Shown here: positions 10,175 to 20,135 of the stretch, one piece after another
Position numbering within the stretch: the stretch's first letter is position 1
How the letters are laid out: each line of letters opens with the position of its first letter
DNA from: a virus
IMG/VR virus record: IMGVR_UViG_3300037507_005588
Span: 1 to 64,000 of that record
Length of the DNA: 64,000 bases
Direction: 5' to 3' (one strand)
Notes under the pieces: model-generated
Seen by the model: the letters and a program-made list of their open reading frames with translations, nothing else
Told to the model about the DNA's origin: nothing
Databases searched by the model: none
Translations under genes and position numbers: made by a program

Positions 10175-11081
10175 ACTCTGAGTTATACCAATTTTTATAT
10201 AAGTTTACCATTGTATCACTTTCGGTATGAGATTGAGATTCAGAGAATCTGTTATCAATTTTTATTTCACCTAATCTCTTGAGAACGCAGTTTATAATCA
10301 TGATGATTGTATCGTAAAAGTAGTAATCAAAGTTATTTGTAAACTTTTCCAAAAAAAATTTCACCACATCATTAGAATCCGAATTTTCAATAAATGACCA
10401 AAGAATATTCATTGTAAGATACTCCAAAACATCACCGGGTGAAAAGTCAGACCAATAACCCTCTTTATAGTACTCGCTGTCTGTGAAAATATCAGATTTC
10501 ATAAACTCGTAAATACTCTCATCGGTTATACGTTCTCCCGAAGGAAATTCAATAAGTTCGGATGCGATTGGAAAATATACTTCAATCTCATCCCTATTTT
10601 TTTCACCCCAAGACTCACCACTTACTTTATTTTGGTAAAGTTTGTAATCACCAATAGGTGTAGTAACAACAATTTTTTCACGAAATCTATTTTCAACTGA
10701 ATCTAAAATTTGATAAAATGATTTCTTAACTTCTCTATAATCCTCATATCTGAAGATATTATCATTGATTTTGAACTCATCAAAATCAAAAACATCCTTT
10801 ACATCAATTTGATTTGTTTTTTGAAATTGTGTTTTTCTTTCCTTATCAAACCGCCACCAAACTGGGTCCAATCCAATTATTCTACCCAATTTTCTGATAT
10901 ATGAATAAACTCTGTCACGAATGACTTCGCCGTCTACGATGATAGAATCATCATTACCCTCTAAAACAACCCTGAGTAGGTTATCATCATTTTCTTCAAA
11001 AGTCATTTTGAAATTACCTATTTTTGGTGGCAATCTCTCTGATAATTTTTTCCACAACCCTAAATTCTTAGATTGACTCAT
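10161..11081 (-). CDS. hypothetical protein
   Basis: 306-aa ORF. Confidence 0.75.
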   Translation of the reverse strand: MSQSKNLGLWKKLSERLPPKIGNFKMTFEENDDNLLRVVLEGNDDSIIVDGEVIRDRVYSYIRKLGRIIGLDPVWWRFDKERKTQFQKTNQIDVKDVFDFDEFKINDNIFRYEDYREVKKSFYQILDSVENRFREKIVVTTPIGDYKLYQNKVSGESWGEKNRDEIEVYFPIASELIEFPSGERITDESIYEFMKSDIFTDSEYYKEGYWSDFSPGDVLEYLTMNILWSFIENSDSNDVVKFFLEKFTNNFDYYFYDTIIMIINCVLKRLGEIKIDNRFSESQSHTESDTMVNLYKNWYNSEFNQS

Positions 11082-11151
11082 AATAATTAAATATTCGAGA
11101 ATTTACTAATTGAGTATTTGGAGATATCAATTTAATTTGTATATTTACAGT

Positions 11152-11481
11152 ATGAAATATTCAACGTGGGATAAATTGTATCTGATTGGTTTGGGCTCAG
11201 GTCTCTTACTTTCATTATTCGTAGTTTTGGTTTTTAGTGTGTTACTCGAGTTTGTATATAACACAACCAATCATGAACCACAAAGTCAAATTATTGTTAC
11301 CCCCACTCAGGTGGAATCTAAAGAAAAGGTTCAACCTTTTGTAATGGAAAAACCATCAGTAAAAGTTGTTGTCAAACAAACACCTGTAGTAAAAGAACCC
11401 GTACCTGTGGTAAAAGTTATTTCTGAACCAACACCCGTGGTAAAAGATTCAGTGGTAATCAAACAAGATACAACTAAATAA
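11152..11481 (+). CDS. membrane-anchored protein with PVVK-rich tail
   Basis: N-terminal TM segment; Pro/Val/Lys repeats. Confidence 0.6.
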   Translation: MKYSTWDKLYLIGLGSGLLLSLFVVLVFSVLLEFVYNTTNHEPQSQIIVTPTQVESKEKVQPFVMEKPSVKVVVKQTPVVKEPVPVVKVISEPTPVVKDSVVIKQDTTK

Positions 11482-11749
11482 CATCATAGGTTGCTTGGAT
11501 AACACATTTTGTGTTTTTCCCATTTATAAATTCCCAAGCTTCTTCCATTAACCATTCCACGTTTTGTGGCCAATAATTCACCGTTGTCTCGATATCGGTG
11601 ATTTCCACATGAACCTCAAGTTGTTCGGTTTTTAATTGTGATAGGTGAAACACTTGTTTCACAATAACCCTTGAACCCCGACCAAAGAACAACTCCATTG
11701 TGTCCTTTTGTTTTCGGTTAACATATTGTTCCAAAATTCTTTCTTTCAT
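11474..11749 (-). CDS. hypothetical protein
   Basis: 91-aa ORF. Confidence 0.6.
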   Translation of the reverse strand: MKERILEQYVNRKQKDTMELFFGRGSRVIVKQVFHLSQLKTEQLEVHVEITDIETTVNYWPQNVEWLMEEAWEFINGKNTKCVIQATYDVI

Positions 11750-11842
11750 CCCCTAAAAAAATAAATCAAAAAATAAAATAGAACATATTTATTGCTAGAA
11801 CTAGCACTAGTCTAGTTGCTTTTTATAACTAGATTTCTAGAA

Positions 11843-12097
11843 TTACTCTTCTTTACTTTTATAATGCCAACCAGTTCTAGCAACTGGTGTTTTTTTTGTT
11901 TGCTCTTGAACCAAAGAATAAACTTCCGTTTTTAATTCTAAAAGTCTATCGGGTTCGGGAGTAGTGGTGAGAGTTAAAGAAGGTTCCACATAAATCTGTT
12001 TGGTGTTTCTATCCATACATGACACGTGTATGTCCTGTAAAAAAGAATATTTTTCCACCAAACTGTTACAAATTTTTTGATTTAATGTACGAATCAT
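11843..12097 (-). CDS. hypothetical protein
   Basis: 84-aa ORF. Confidence 0.5.
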   Translation of the reverse strand: MIRTLNQKICNSLVEKYSFLQDIHVSCMDRNTKQIYVEPSLTLTTTPEPDRLLELKTEVYSLVQEQTKKTPVARTGWHYKSKEE

Positions 12098-12121
12098 ACC
12101 GAATAAATATTTATATATGAT

Positions 12122-12355
12122 ATGAAAAGATTAATTGACTTTTTTTCGTCACTTTTAAGTGAAGGAACCTCAGTGTCCTCCAAAAGATTCTCGGGAATTG
12201 TAACACTGGCAAACCTCATAATTTTGGCTTACATAACTACGGTTAAAAAGGGTGAAACACCTGAGTTTATGTTTGATACTTTGGCCATGTTAACCGCAGC
12301 ATTTTTGGGTTTGACCTCTATTGAAAGAATATTCGTTAAGAAAAAAGAAGAATGA
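12122..12355 (+). CDS. small two-TM protein, holin-like
   Basis: SSKR motif, 2 TM segments, charged C-terminus; architecture similar to 18726-19004. Confidence 0.5.
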   Translation: MKRLIDFFSSLLSEGTSVSSKRFSGIVTLANLIILAYITTVKKGETPEFMFDTLAMLTAAFLGLTSIERIFVKKKEE

Positions 12356-12424
12356 GTTAAGGTGGGGGGTTGATTGTTGTCAATTCACCCCTAAATTTGT
12401 TGTTTAAGACACTTTTGACACAAA

Positions 12425-12643
12425 ATGGGAGAGGATATTAAACCATCTAAAGAAAACGGTGGAAAATCTAAATTTGAGATTGTATTTGAAGATGAAATCT
12501 CCAAGTCTGTTTGGAAATACGATTATTCTGTCACACGAAGAGGTCCTGTATCTGTAACTATCACCCACAAAGATGTTTCAAATTGGGGTAAAAAAATGAC
12601 CTTATCAGATTGGGCTAAATTGGATAGGAAAAAATCAAAGTAA
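12425..12643 (+). CDS. hypothetical protein
   Basis: 72-aa ORF. Confidence 0.5.
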   Translation: MGEDIKPSKENGGKSKFEIVFEDEISKSVWKYDYSVTRRGPVSVTITHKDVSNWGKKMTLSDWAKLDRKKSK

Positions 12644-13246
12644 TTTTTTCTGAAGTTTTTCTATCAAAAATTTTGCTTCAGACTCAGTTAGACTTTCAAT
12701 AAACAAGTCAAAGTCAGGTTGTTTCGTGGATTTAATTTTTTTTACGGATTCTTGTATTTGTGAATCAATCAAATCGATTTGATAAAGTTCCATTCCGTTA
12801 CTGTCGGAGTCAACAAAATCTTTGTTTATTTCGCTAAAATCATACATATCAAAGTGCTCACCACTTCCTAATTCATAAAAACTCGATTCAAGTTGGTCTT
12901 GAGTGTAATAACCTTGAACAGTATCAGAATAAGTAATCACCATATCTTCACTCCTCGACTCTCTCGTCTCAACCGCAAACTCGTTATAAGGAGGTACTAT
13001 TAGATTATCTGTAGTAAGTGAATCTGAGTCTAAAGATTCTTCATTCAAGATTAACGCGTTAATCCAAAAATAAAGACTATCAACATCCATGTCCAATCCA
13101 ATACGTTTGGAGTATTTTTGATAGAATTTGTAAAGTTTACCACTCCCCCAAGTCAAATCTTCATTTGAAGGGAACTTGTCATATTCTTTATTCCATAGTT
13201 TGTATAGAACTCGTAGACCCTGAACTAATTTTTCTTTTGGAACCAT
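12635..13246 (-). CDS. hypothetical protein
   Basis: 203-aa ORF. Confidence 0.7.
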   Translation of the reverse strand: MVPKEKLVQGLRVLYKLWNKEYDKFPSNEDLTWGSGKLYKFYQKYSKRIGLDMDVDSLYFWINALILNEESLDSDSLTTDNLIVPPYNEFAVETRESRSEDMVITYSDTVQGYYTQDQLESSFYELGSGEHFDMYDFSEINKDFVDSDSNGMELYQIDLIDSQIQESVKKIKSTKQPDFDLFIESLTESEAKFLIEKLQKKLL

Positions 13247-13247
13247 T

Positions 13248-13889
13248 TTAAGCGATTGCTGGTGGTTTAGGTGTTGAACCCGAATTATAACTACGGAGGA
13301 CTTTTAGTGCCAATTGACCCGTTCCCCATGGTGAAGCCTTTAGAGCTTGTGCAGTTTCTTCAGCATTTGTACCCGACTTGAGTGATGAAAGTATATTACC
13401 ATATCTACCATTTTTGAGGGTTTTGATAGTTGCATCGATTCCATCCTGTGAACTTTGATAATTACGAACACCTGATTGACATCCGAAAGTAGATTTTTTC
13501 AGACAATTGTAGAACGTTGAATTTGGTTTTGCTTGTGTGGTATTGAAAGGATTGTTTTTTGCCTTTCCACCTTCGGCTTGTCTCCATGCATACATGAATT
13601 TCATATTTTCATCTGTGATGGGTGCACCTACCCCTTTGAGTACTTCCTTATAAAAAGAATCATCTGAAGTTTTCACTCCAAGTGGGGCTTGAGTTGCGGA
13701 AAAATCAGAAGTTTGTAAACCCAAATCATCAGGTAATGCGGCATCTAACATACTTTTTGCAATACCTTTCCTCAAAGCATCTCCTAAACCTTGTAGGATA
13801 TTTTGACCTATCACATTGGCGTCTTCCTGAAGACCCATCATTTCTTTGATTCTCGAAACTTCTTCGGAGATAAGTTTTTTGTTTTTCAT
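13248..13889 (-). CDS. leader-bearing protein with putative lysozyme-fold peptidoglycan hydrolase domain
   Basis: LISEEVSRIKEMMGL leader; AEGG..NNPFN..VRNY..SPW pattern. Confidence 0.5.
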   Translation of the reverse strand: MKNKKLISEEVSRIKEMMGLQEDANVIGQNILQGLGDALRKGIAKSMLDAALPDDLGLQTSDFSATQAPLGVKTSDDSFYKEVLKGVGAPITDENMKFMYAWRQAEGGKAKNNPFNTTQAKPNSTFYNCLKKSTFGCQSGVRNYQSSQDGIDATIKTLKNGRYGNILSSLKSGTNAEETAQALKASPWGTGQLALKVLRSYNSGSTPKPPAIA

Positions 13890-14073
13890 AACATAAATAA
13901 ATATTATGTCATAAGGAATTGTCCATGAAAAAAACCCCCACCTTGTGAGTGAGGGTTCATTTTATGAAAGTCTGAGTCCAAACCACCACAAATCTAATCT
14001 AATAAAAAAATTTCCATCGTGTAAACCAAAACCAACTCGTATCATTCGGTTTTTTTTATTCAGTGGAATTCTA

Positions 14074-14772
14074 CTAAACTTCATCGGGAAATGTGATTTC
14101 ATTAGTTTCTTTATTCCATTCTACCGTGAATGGTTTTTGAGTGAAGTTGTATCTCTCATCCAAAACGGCGGCGTTGAAGAAGTGTGTATCACCATCGAAC
14201 TTGTATCCGTATCCGGTGTGGATGTGACCAAACACGTGAATTTTAGGTTTCACTGTTTTGATTCTCTCAGCCAACAACTCACAACCAAGAGGAACACTAT
14301 GACCTTTGACGGTATCCAAGTGACCCCAAGCAGGACCGTGAGTGACCAGGATGTCAGTATCCATAGGGATGTCGTTCCATTTTAGTTCCAATTCCCAACC
14401 CATTCTTGGCAGATTGAATGCCCAATTATAAAATTCAGGTTGCCATGGGCTTCCGTAAATTTTTACCGATGTGTCGTAATTTTCACCAATAACCTCCAAG
14501 TTATCTTGTACGTAGGTCACACTCGGGTACATCTTCAAAAGTTCACGACACATGTCAGGACTTTCTTGGAAACCCCAATCGTGGTTGCCTGCTATGAAAA
14601 TCTTGTGAGTGTAGTTATCCAAACCATCGAACCACTTTAAGAAGTCAGTAATTTCTGATTGGTAACCCATACTACTCATATCGCCAGCGTGGATGAGCAA
14701 ATCACCGCCAGGTAGACTTGAAGTTACCTGATTGTGTTTGGTGTGTGTGTCGCTGATAAATGTAATTTTCAT
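14074..14772 (-). CDS. calcineurin-like metallophosphoesterase
   Basis: SDTH, HAGD, GNHD, THGP and GHIH motifs. Confidence 0.9.
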   Translation of the reverse strand: MKITFISDTHTKHNQVTSSLPGGDLLIHAGDMSSMGYQSEITDFLKWFDGLDNYTHKIFIAGNHDWGFQESPDMCRELLKMYPSVTYVQDNLEVIGENYDTSVKIYGSPWQPEFYNWAFNLPRMGWELELKWNDIPMDTDILVTHGPAWGHLDTVKGHSVPLGCELLAERIKTVKPKIHVFGHIHTGYGYKFDGDTHFFNAAVLDERYNFTQKPFTVEWNKETNEITFPDEV

Positions 14773-14931
14773 AATGTCAAAGATACAAAAAAATATCAAA
14801 TAAAAAAGACCCGATTTCTCGGGTCTTAAAGGAAAGGGATATATAAATTCATCCAAAAAGGATGAGACTACTATAAATATTATCCAAAATTAAAAAAAAC
14901 TCCCTTCTCTTATATCAGGATACAAAGTTTT

Positions 14932-15774
14932 TTACTTTAATAAATGATAATATTCGTTGAAATGTTTGATTCTATCTGCCAATCCAATAGTTCCACCGTT
15001 AACTCTTTTTGTAACTGCGGTTACTGTTGCTGAATCAGCACCTTTGTCCGCAATGGCGTTCAAACCATTTTTGGAAAAAAACCAAGCCGCAGATGCCAAA
15101 GGGTATTTTGTTGCAACCAAATCAGGGTTAGCAACCGTATCTTCACCGATTGACTTCGCAAAAGCGGTGTAGTTTGCTTTTCCTGTCAATTGAATGTATC
15201 CACGTCCTCTAAATTTGAAACCTTCTTTGGTTGTTTCATCTCCGTTACCCATTCTTCCACCATAAACTTTTGATGCGATTTTTTCAGGGTTTCTTGCATA
15301 AGATTCTGCAAGATTACCTGGAAAATATTTCGGGAAAATTCTCTTTAGACCATCAGCAGAATAATTCAAGTTTTCTTGAACAGCTCTGAAGTTTCCTGAT
15401 TCGTGACCACACTGAGCCAAAAAGTGTGCTAAACGCAATGGTGTGTTGATTTGGAATTTTTCCATAACTGTCGGAATCTGAGTAATAACCGAGTCGGGTA
15501 CATGACCTTTAAGTTTTGAAAGTTCGATTGGTCCACCTTTTGGTATAACTACGTCTTCTTTGATTACTTCCTTCGATACCGTTTCTTGTGTGGTAACGCC
15601 AAGTTTAGCCAACGTTGCAGGTCCTGCAATTCCGTCTGCGGTCAAACCATTTTTTGTTTGCCAAGCTTTTAATTGTTTTTCAGTGCCAGGTCCGAATACC
15701 CCGTCAGCGGCCAGACCTAATTTTGCTTGGAGTTGTTTTACTTCCTCTCCTTTGGAACCTTTTTTTAGTATCAT
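14932..15774 (-). CDS. endolysin: peptidoglycan-binding domain plus GH19 catalytic domain
   Basis: DGVFGPGTE..DGIAGPAT PG-binding domain; FLAQCGHES, FRGRGYIQLTGKANY, VNGG. Confidence 0.9.
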   Translation of the reverse strand: MILKKGSKGEEVKQLQAKLGLAADGVFGPGTEKQLKAWQTKNGLTADGIAGPATLAKLGVTTQETVSKEVIKEDVVIPKGGPIELSKLKGHVPDSVITQIPTVMEKFQINTPLRLAHFLAQCGHESGNFRAVQENLNYSADGLKRIFPKYFPGNLAESYARNPEKIASKVYGGRMGNGDETTKEGFKFRGRGYIQLTGKANYTAFAKSIGEDTVANPDLVATKYPLASAAWFFSKNGLNAIADKGADSATVTAVTKRVNGGTIGLADRIKHFNEYYHLLK

Positions 15775-15804
15775 AGTTATTAGTTATTTCACTATAAATA
15801 CTTC

Positions 15805-16791
15805 TTAAAAACTAACCTTTCCAGAATATCCGGGTGTTATAAGATAAAAATTTTGAGCTCCACCACTACTTAGTATTGATGTTGTAATCGATGACACCCC
15901 TGGATAGGTACTGCGAACATTGATTGTTGAGTTAGCAATTGAGGTAAACTGACTTGTTGTGAATAATCTTGAGAATGGTACTGACCATTCGGTTATCATT
16001 CCTGACCTTTTACCCAATAATAAAAATTGGTCGGAGACATTAATTTTACCATCGTTGTTCAAATCATATCTATGATATGATAATCCGTTGATTGGTATTA
16101 CACCAAAAATAATGTCTGAAATTCTCTTGGCATCCAAATTGGTAAATAATTGTGTTGGGATGGGGGCGTCTATCTGAATATAATGTTCTCTTGATGGGTC
16201 CGATGTGATGTTTATAAAATAATATCCATTTGTATTGGTATAAACTGTGGTGTGTAAGGACCAATCTGTGGTTGTTACAATGTACTCAAATTCCAATACA
16301 TAAGGTAATGAAACATTTGGTAAATCATTCCATCTACCACCACTAACAAATTGAGCATAATCCTCATTACCCGCGTTATTTGGTTCACCACCGTTCCAAT
16401 TCGCGTAGGTTACAGATTCTCCTGTCACCCATCTCCATTGACCCTCAGAAACCTCATCCGTAAATCCAATCCAACCTGATGGCCAAGTATTAAACACAAA
16501 ATTATTTTCGGCTGATGAAGTGATTGTGACTAAGTGACCGCCCATATTAATACAAGCCTGTTTAGCGCTTGTCCAAGTCATAGAACCATTTGACCTGTAA
16601 TAAGAATGACCATTATAGTTTGTCTGTTGGGAAAACCCGACAATATTTGGTGTGGTTCTACGATAAACTTTTACGGGAACATTTGCGGCACCAGACCCAT
16701 CTGCATTATAAATGTAACCCGAATATACAAAATTTTGAGATAGGGTTGTCCATGATAAAATTACAAATAGTAACGACAAATACCGTTTCAT
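15805..16791 (-). CDS. secreted C-type lectin domain protein with dockerin-like motif
   Basis: signal peptide; WIGF..EGQWRW..WNGGEPNN..WND; YDLNNDGKINVSD. Confidence 0.75.
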   Translation of the reverse strand: MKRYLSLLFVILSWTTLSQNFVYSGYIYNADGSGAANVPVKVYRRTTPNIVGFSQQTNYNGHSYYRSNGSMTWTSAKQACINMGGHLVTITSSAENNFVFNTWPSGWIGFTDEVSEGQWRWVTGESVTYANWNGGEPNNAGNEDYAQFVSGGRWNDLPNVSLPYVLEFEYIVTTTDWSLHTTVYTNTNGYYFINITSDPSREHYIQIDAPIPTQLFTNLDAKRISDIIFGVIPINGLSYHRYDLNNDGKINVSDQFLLLGKRSGMITEWSVPFSRLFTTSQFTSIANSTINVRSTYPGVSSITTSILSSGGAQNFYLITPGYSGKVSF

Positions 16792-17243
16792 TACATTTTA
16801 GAAATACTAACCTCTAATGCTTTTTTTACCGCCGAAGCAAAAGTTGATTTTTCAAAAGGTAAGTTTTCATCCCTAAGTTCTGCAAAACTTGCTTTAACCG
16901 ATAACTTGGCAGAACCTTCACCAGTATATTCAATTCCGTCTTTCAAAACAATTACTTTTACAATTGTATTTTTTTTCTTAATCATAAAAGGACCTATGTT
17001 GATTCCAACCGTTGGAGATTCAATTGAAGTGATTGCAACGTGGATTGGTAAACCATCTTCACAGATTGTATATTTTTCACCCATCAACTCTTCTGTCAAT
17101 TGTTTAAGACCAAACACAAATTTTTTAGAAGATAAATCAGGATTCTCTGTAAGATTTTCAACCTTAGAAACCGAGTAACAATTTTGTGAATATAAAATTG
17201 ATGTTGACAACATCAAACCGAATATAAAGAATAACTTTTTCAT
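16791..17243 (-). CDS. secreted hypothetical protein, C-terminus similar to the CsgG-like neighbour
   Basis: signal peptide; FEKSTFASAVKKALE vs FNKSTVGVSTKKALE. Confidence 0.6.
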   Translation of the reverse strand: MKKLFFIFGLMLSTSILYSQNCYSVSKVENLTENPDLSSKKFVFGLKQLTEELMGEKYTICEDGLPIHVAITSIESPTVGINIGPFMIKKKNTIVKVIVLKDGIEYTGEGSAKLSVKASFAELRDENLPFEKSTFASAVKKALEVSISKM

Positions 17244-18733
17244 AATAAAATTTTAGCACCTGTTAATACCTGATAGTTTAGAATACTACCTTTTACTTCA
17301 TAAGTACCACTCAAACTTATGTTGTACTTAAAGGACTTAGAGATTGTATAATCCCATGAACTAAATGGAACTATAAGAAGTCCTGAATCCCACCATTTAC
17401 CATCGTAAAACTTAGTAAATGGGGAATAAACACCCAATAATAGTATATTACCGGATATTTTTTTGTTCATCGTGAATGGTACAAAACCTCCACCCACAGC
17501 AGATAAATTTGTAAAAGGTTTACCTGCCAATCCACCGATAGTAAAATTCAAACCACCCATCAAATTTAGTTTACTAAATCTCTTGGAATCCATAACTGTT
17601 GTGGTATTGAAAATATTTCGTTTGAAGTCAATCATGGAGGAGTTTGCAAAAATAAGAGTATTGGTTTTATTCCTATTTGATTTTGCACCGTAAAGTGTCA
17701 AATTTGAATTATTGATACTTGTTGTGAAATTTAACAACATCCCCTTAGCAAAAGTGTTGTTTGTGTTTGATTTAGTAACTGACATAGTTCCTTTGAATTG
17801 ATTAGAACCATCTTCATTACTTCTTAAAACAACCAAATCTCCCGTACCTATAATTGAACCTACTCTAACTCTTGAACCACCACTTTTACTACTTGACGCT
17901 GAAGAAACATTACTGACAGATGCCGTTGTTCCACCTTGTCCTCCACCTGATGTTTCGTTTTGTTTTGTAGTTCCATCAGGGACACTTTGTCCTTGAGAAC
18001 CACCATTTGTACCCGATTGGGTATTACTACCCCCACCTTGACCAGTATTCGTACCCGATTGGGTACTGTTCCCAGTGTTTGAAGATGAAGGATTAGTTAC
18101 AGGCTGCTGAGTCTGTCCACTTCCCCCTTGAGGAACATTACCTGGTTGGTTAGTTGTTCCTCCTTCTTGATTACTTCCTCCGCTAGACGAAGAATTATTA
18201 GATTCATTTCCTCCTTGCTGAGCTGTTCCACTCTGAGTTGTTGAACCATTTGATGTATTTCCTTGAGAATTATTACCTGTTCCAATGTTTGTTGTATTTT
18301 GTTGATTATTCGTAGAATTTCTGTTTCTACGAGGTCCATTTCCTGAAGATGTCGTATTTGATACCGAGGTTGCCAACGTATTTGTTGACATGGATGCTGA
18401 GGCTGTAATTGACGTAAGTGTCGATATGATATTTTGTGTTATTATTTGGTTCTGTCCCGTTTGAGTTGCAGTCAATAATTCATCACAAGGTTGATTGGTT
18501 GCTTGTTGAGATACTGTGTTTACCCAATTTTCAAAAACACCATTTTGAAAATCTGATTGAGAAAAAGTACCCAAAAATCCCAAATAGTTAATAGTTACAC
18601 TTTGTCCTGATGAAATAAAAATAGTTTTAACGGTTTTGGAACAAGGGTCCACATAAGAATATGTGAACCCCTGCTGACCAAAAACTGAAGTTGTTATAAA
18701 AAATAATATTATTAAAAATATTATTTTATTCAT
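17240..18733 (-). CDS. secreted protein with G/S/N/Q/T-rich linker and probable C-terminal outer-membrane beta-barrel
   Basis: signal peptide; low-complexity middle; amphipathic beta-strand pattern. Confidence 0.55.
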   Translation of the reverse strand: MNKIIFLIILFFITTSVFGQQGFTYSYVDPCSKTVKTIFISSGQSVTINYLGFLGTFSQSDFQNGVFENWVNTVSQQATNQPCDELLTATQTGQNQIITQNIISTLTSITASASMSTNTLATSVSNTTSSGNGPRRNRNSTNNQQNTTNIGTGNNSQGNTSNGSTTQSGTAQQGGNESNNSSSSGGSNQEGGTTNQPGNVPQGGSGQTQQPVTNPSSSNTGNSTQSGTNTGQGGGSNTQSGTNGGSQGQSVPDGTTKQNETSGGGQGGTTASVSNVSSASSSKSGGSRVRVGSIIGTGDLVVLRSNEDGSNQFKGTMSVTKSNTNNTFAKGMLLNFTTSINNSNLTLYGAKSNRNKTNTLIFANSSMIDFKRNIFNTTTVMDSKRFSKLNLMGGLNFTIGGLAGKPFTNLSAVGGGFVPFTMNKKISGNILLLGVYSPFTKFYDGKWWDSGLLIVPFSSWDYTISKSFKYNISLSGTYEVKGSILNYQVLTGAKILL

Positions 18734-19004
18734 AAGTCTCTTCATCATTTTTTTTACCATGTTTTGCGGTAATAAACTTGTCCACGGAAGCAATTCCAAA
18801 TGAACCTAAAGTTATCACCATAAATCCATCGAAAATAAATTCATTTATTGGCATTTCTTGTCCGTGGAATCCTGTCCAAATATCGACACCTAAACATATT
18901 ACCATCATTATAAATGCACCAAAACCAACAACAGATTTTTCATTGATATCATTGTCGTCCATAAACATTCTCTTAAAAAAATTTGGATTTTCTTTTTTTT
19001 TCAT
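18726..19004 (-). CDS. small two-TM membrane protein
   Basis: two hydrophobic helices. Confidence 0.65.
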   Translation of the reverse strand: MKKKENPNFFKRMFMDDNDINEKSVVGFGAFIMMVICLGVDIWTGFHGQEMPINEFIFDGFMVITLGSFGIASVDKFITAKHGKKNDEETYE

Positions 19005-19091
19005 TTTATTTTTATTTTATTTTTTTGTTATGGTATAGTTACCTTATTTCCTCTTAAAATGGGAGGCGTATAGATAGATTTATCTATGTTT

Positions 19092-19808
19092 TCAACTTCT
19101 TAATTTACCTTTTTTTATGAGTTTTTCCACGACTCTTACGGATGCAGTTTCTAAAGCTTTTTTTGTTGAAACACCAACGGTAGATTTATTGAAAGTCGGA
19201 CCTTCAATATCCCCCAAAGTTGTTGAAGTTTTTGTAGTAATAGCTCTACCTTGACCTGAACCTGTAATTACCTCACCTGATTCGGCATCTACAAAACGTA
19301 TCTGTAATCCCAATTGAGTGATTTGTTTGATTGTAACACCAGATGTTTCTACAACCTCATCCTCACCAACTGAAAAATCATAAACTTCAATATAAACAAA
19401 GTATTCTGCTAATTTAATTTTACCTTTTCCATCAACTTTGTTTTCAGTAAAACCTTTATTGGATGCTTTGAATTGTTGCACCATTCTTTCTTTTATCTCT
19501 AATTTGTCTTCAGTAAAAACAAATCTTTGAGTTTCCTCCAAATATTCCAAAACAATATTTGTAACACCCATACCAACACGTGCATCTTTTAATTCAGGAT
19601 ACATTTCATAAACTTCATCACTAATTCCGATTTTTAGAATTTGAATAGGAATTTGTATTGTATCCTCATAAGGAGGTAAAGACTCAAGAGATTTCTTTTT
19701 CTCAAAATTTGCTGTGTATTCTTCAGTTTTTACTGTACCAATTTGTTGAGCAAAAACTTGTGTTGAAAAACAAAACAAACTTATAAAAATTAGTTTACCA
19801 AGGTGCAT
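19092..19808 (-). CDS. CsgG/HfaB-like exported protein
   Basis: RFVFTE..VYDFS..LQIRFVDAESGEVI..G pattern typical of the CsgG family. Confidence 0.6.
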   Translation of the reverse strand: MHLGKLIFISLFCFSTQVFAQQIGTVKTEEYTANFEKKKSLESLPPYEDTIQIPIQILKIGISDEVYEMYPELKDARVGMGVTNIVLEYLEETQRFVFTEDKLEIKERMVQQFKASNKGFTENKVDGKGKIKLAEYFVYIEVYDFSVGEDEVVETSGVTIKQITQLGLQIRFVDAESGEVITGSGQGRAITTKTSTTLGDIEGPTFNKSTVGVSTKKALETASVRVVEKLIKKGKLRS

Positions 19809-20109
19809 CTTCACTTTCGCTTTTCTTCTCCTCTTTAGCAGGTTGTGCAGGAACTTCTTTAATTGTTTCCTTGATAACTGTTGTGTTACCACCTGAATTG
19901 TTTTGTTGTTGAGAGTTGTTATTTTCTACATTTACAACAACAGGAGCCGGAGCCACTTGTTCTGTCTTAGTTCCTTCAGATTCATCTGACCCACCAAAGA
20001 ATAGAGTACCTACATATGCACCCCCTGCGGTAACAAGAGTTGCCAAAGTACCTATAATTGTCTTTTTAAGACTTGACCAAGTTCCGTCATTTTCCATTTC
20101 TTCTGACAT
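19795..20109 (-). CDS. single-TM low-complexity protein
   Basis: 104-aa ORF. Confidence 0.6.
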   Translation of the reverse strand: MSEEMENDGTWSSLKKTIIGTLATLVTAGGAYVGTLFFGGSDESEGTKTEQVAPAPVVVNVENNNSQQQNNSGGNTTVIKETIKEVPAQPAKEEKKSESEDAPW

Positions 20110-20135
20110 GATTTTTTGTTTTTTATTTATTTGGT

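Noticed and set aside
11794-11882. Cluster of CTAG/ACTAG words in an intergenic stretch
   Set aside because: Short, irregularly spaced and without a stable structure I can support; insufficient evidence for an origin or binding array.
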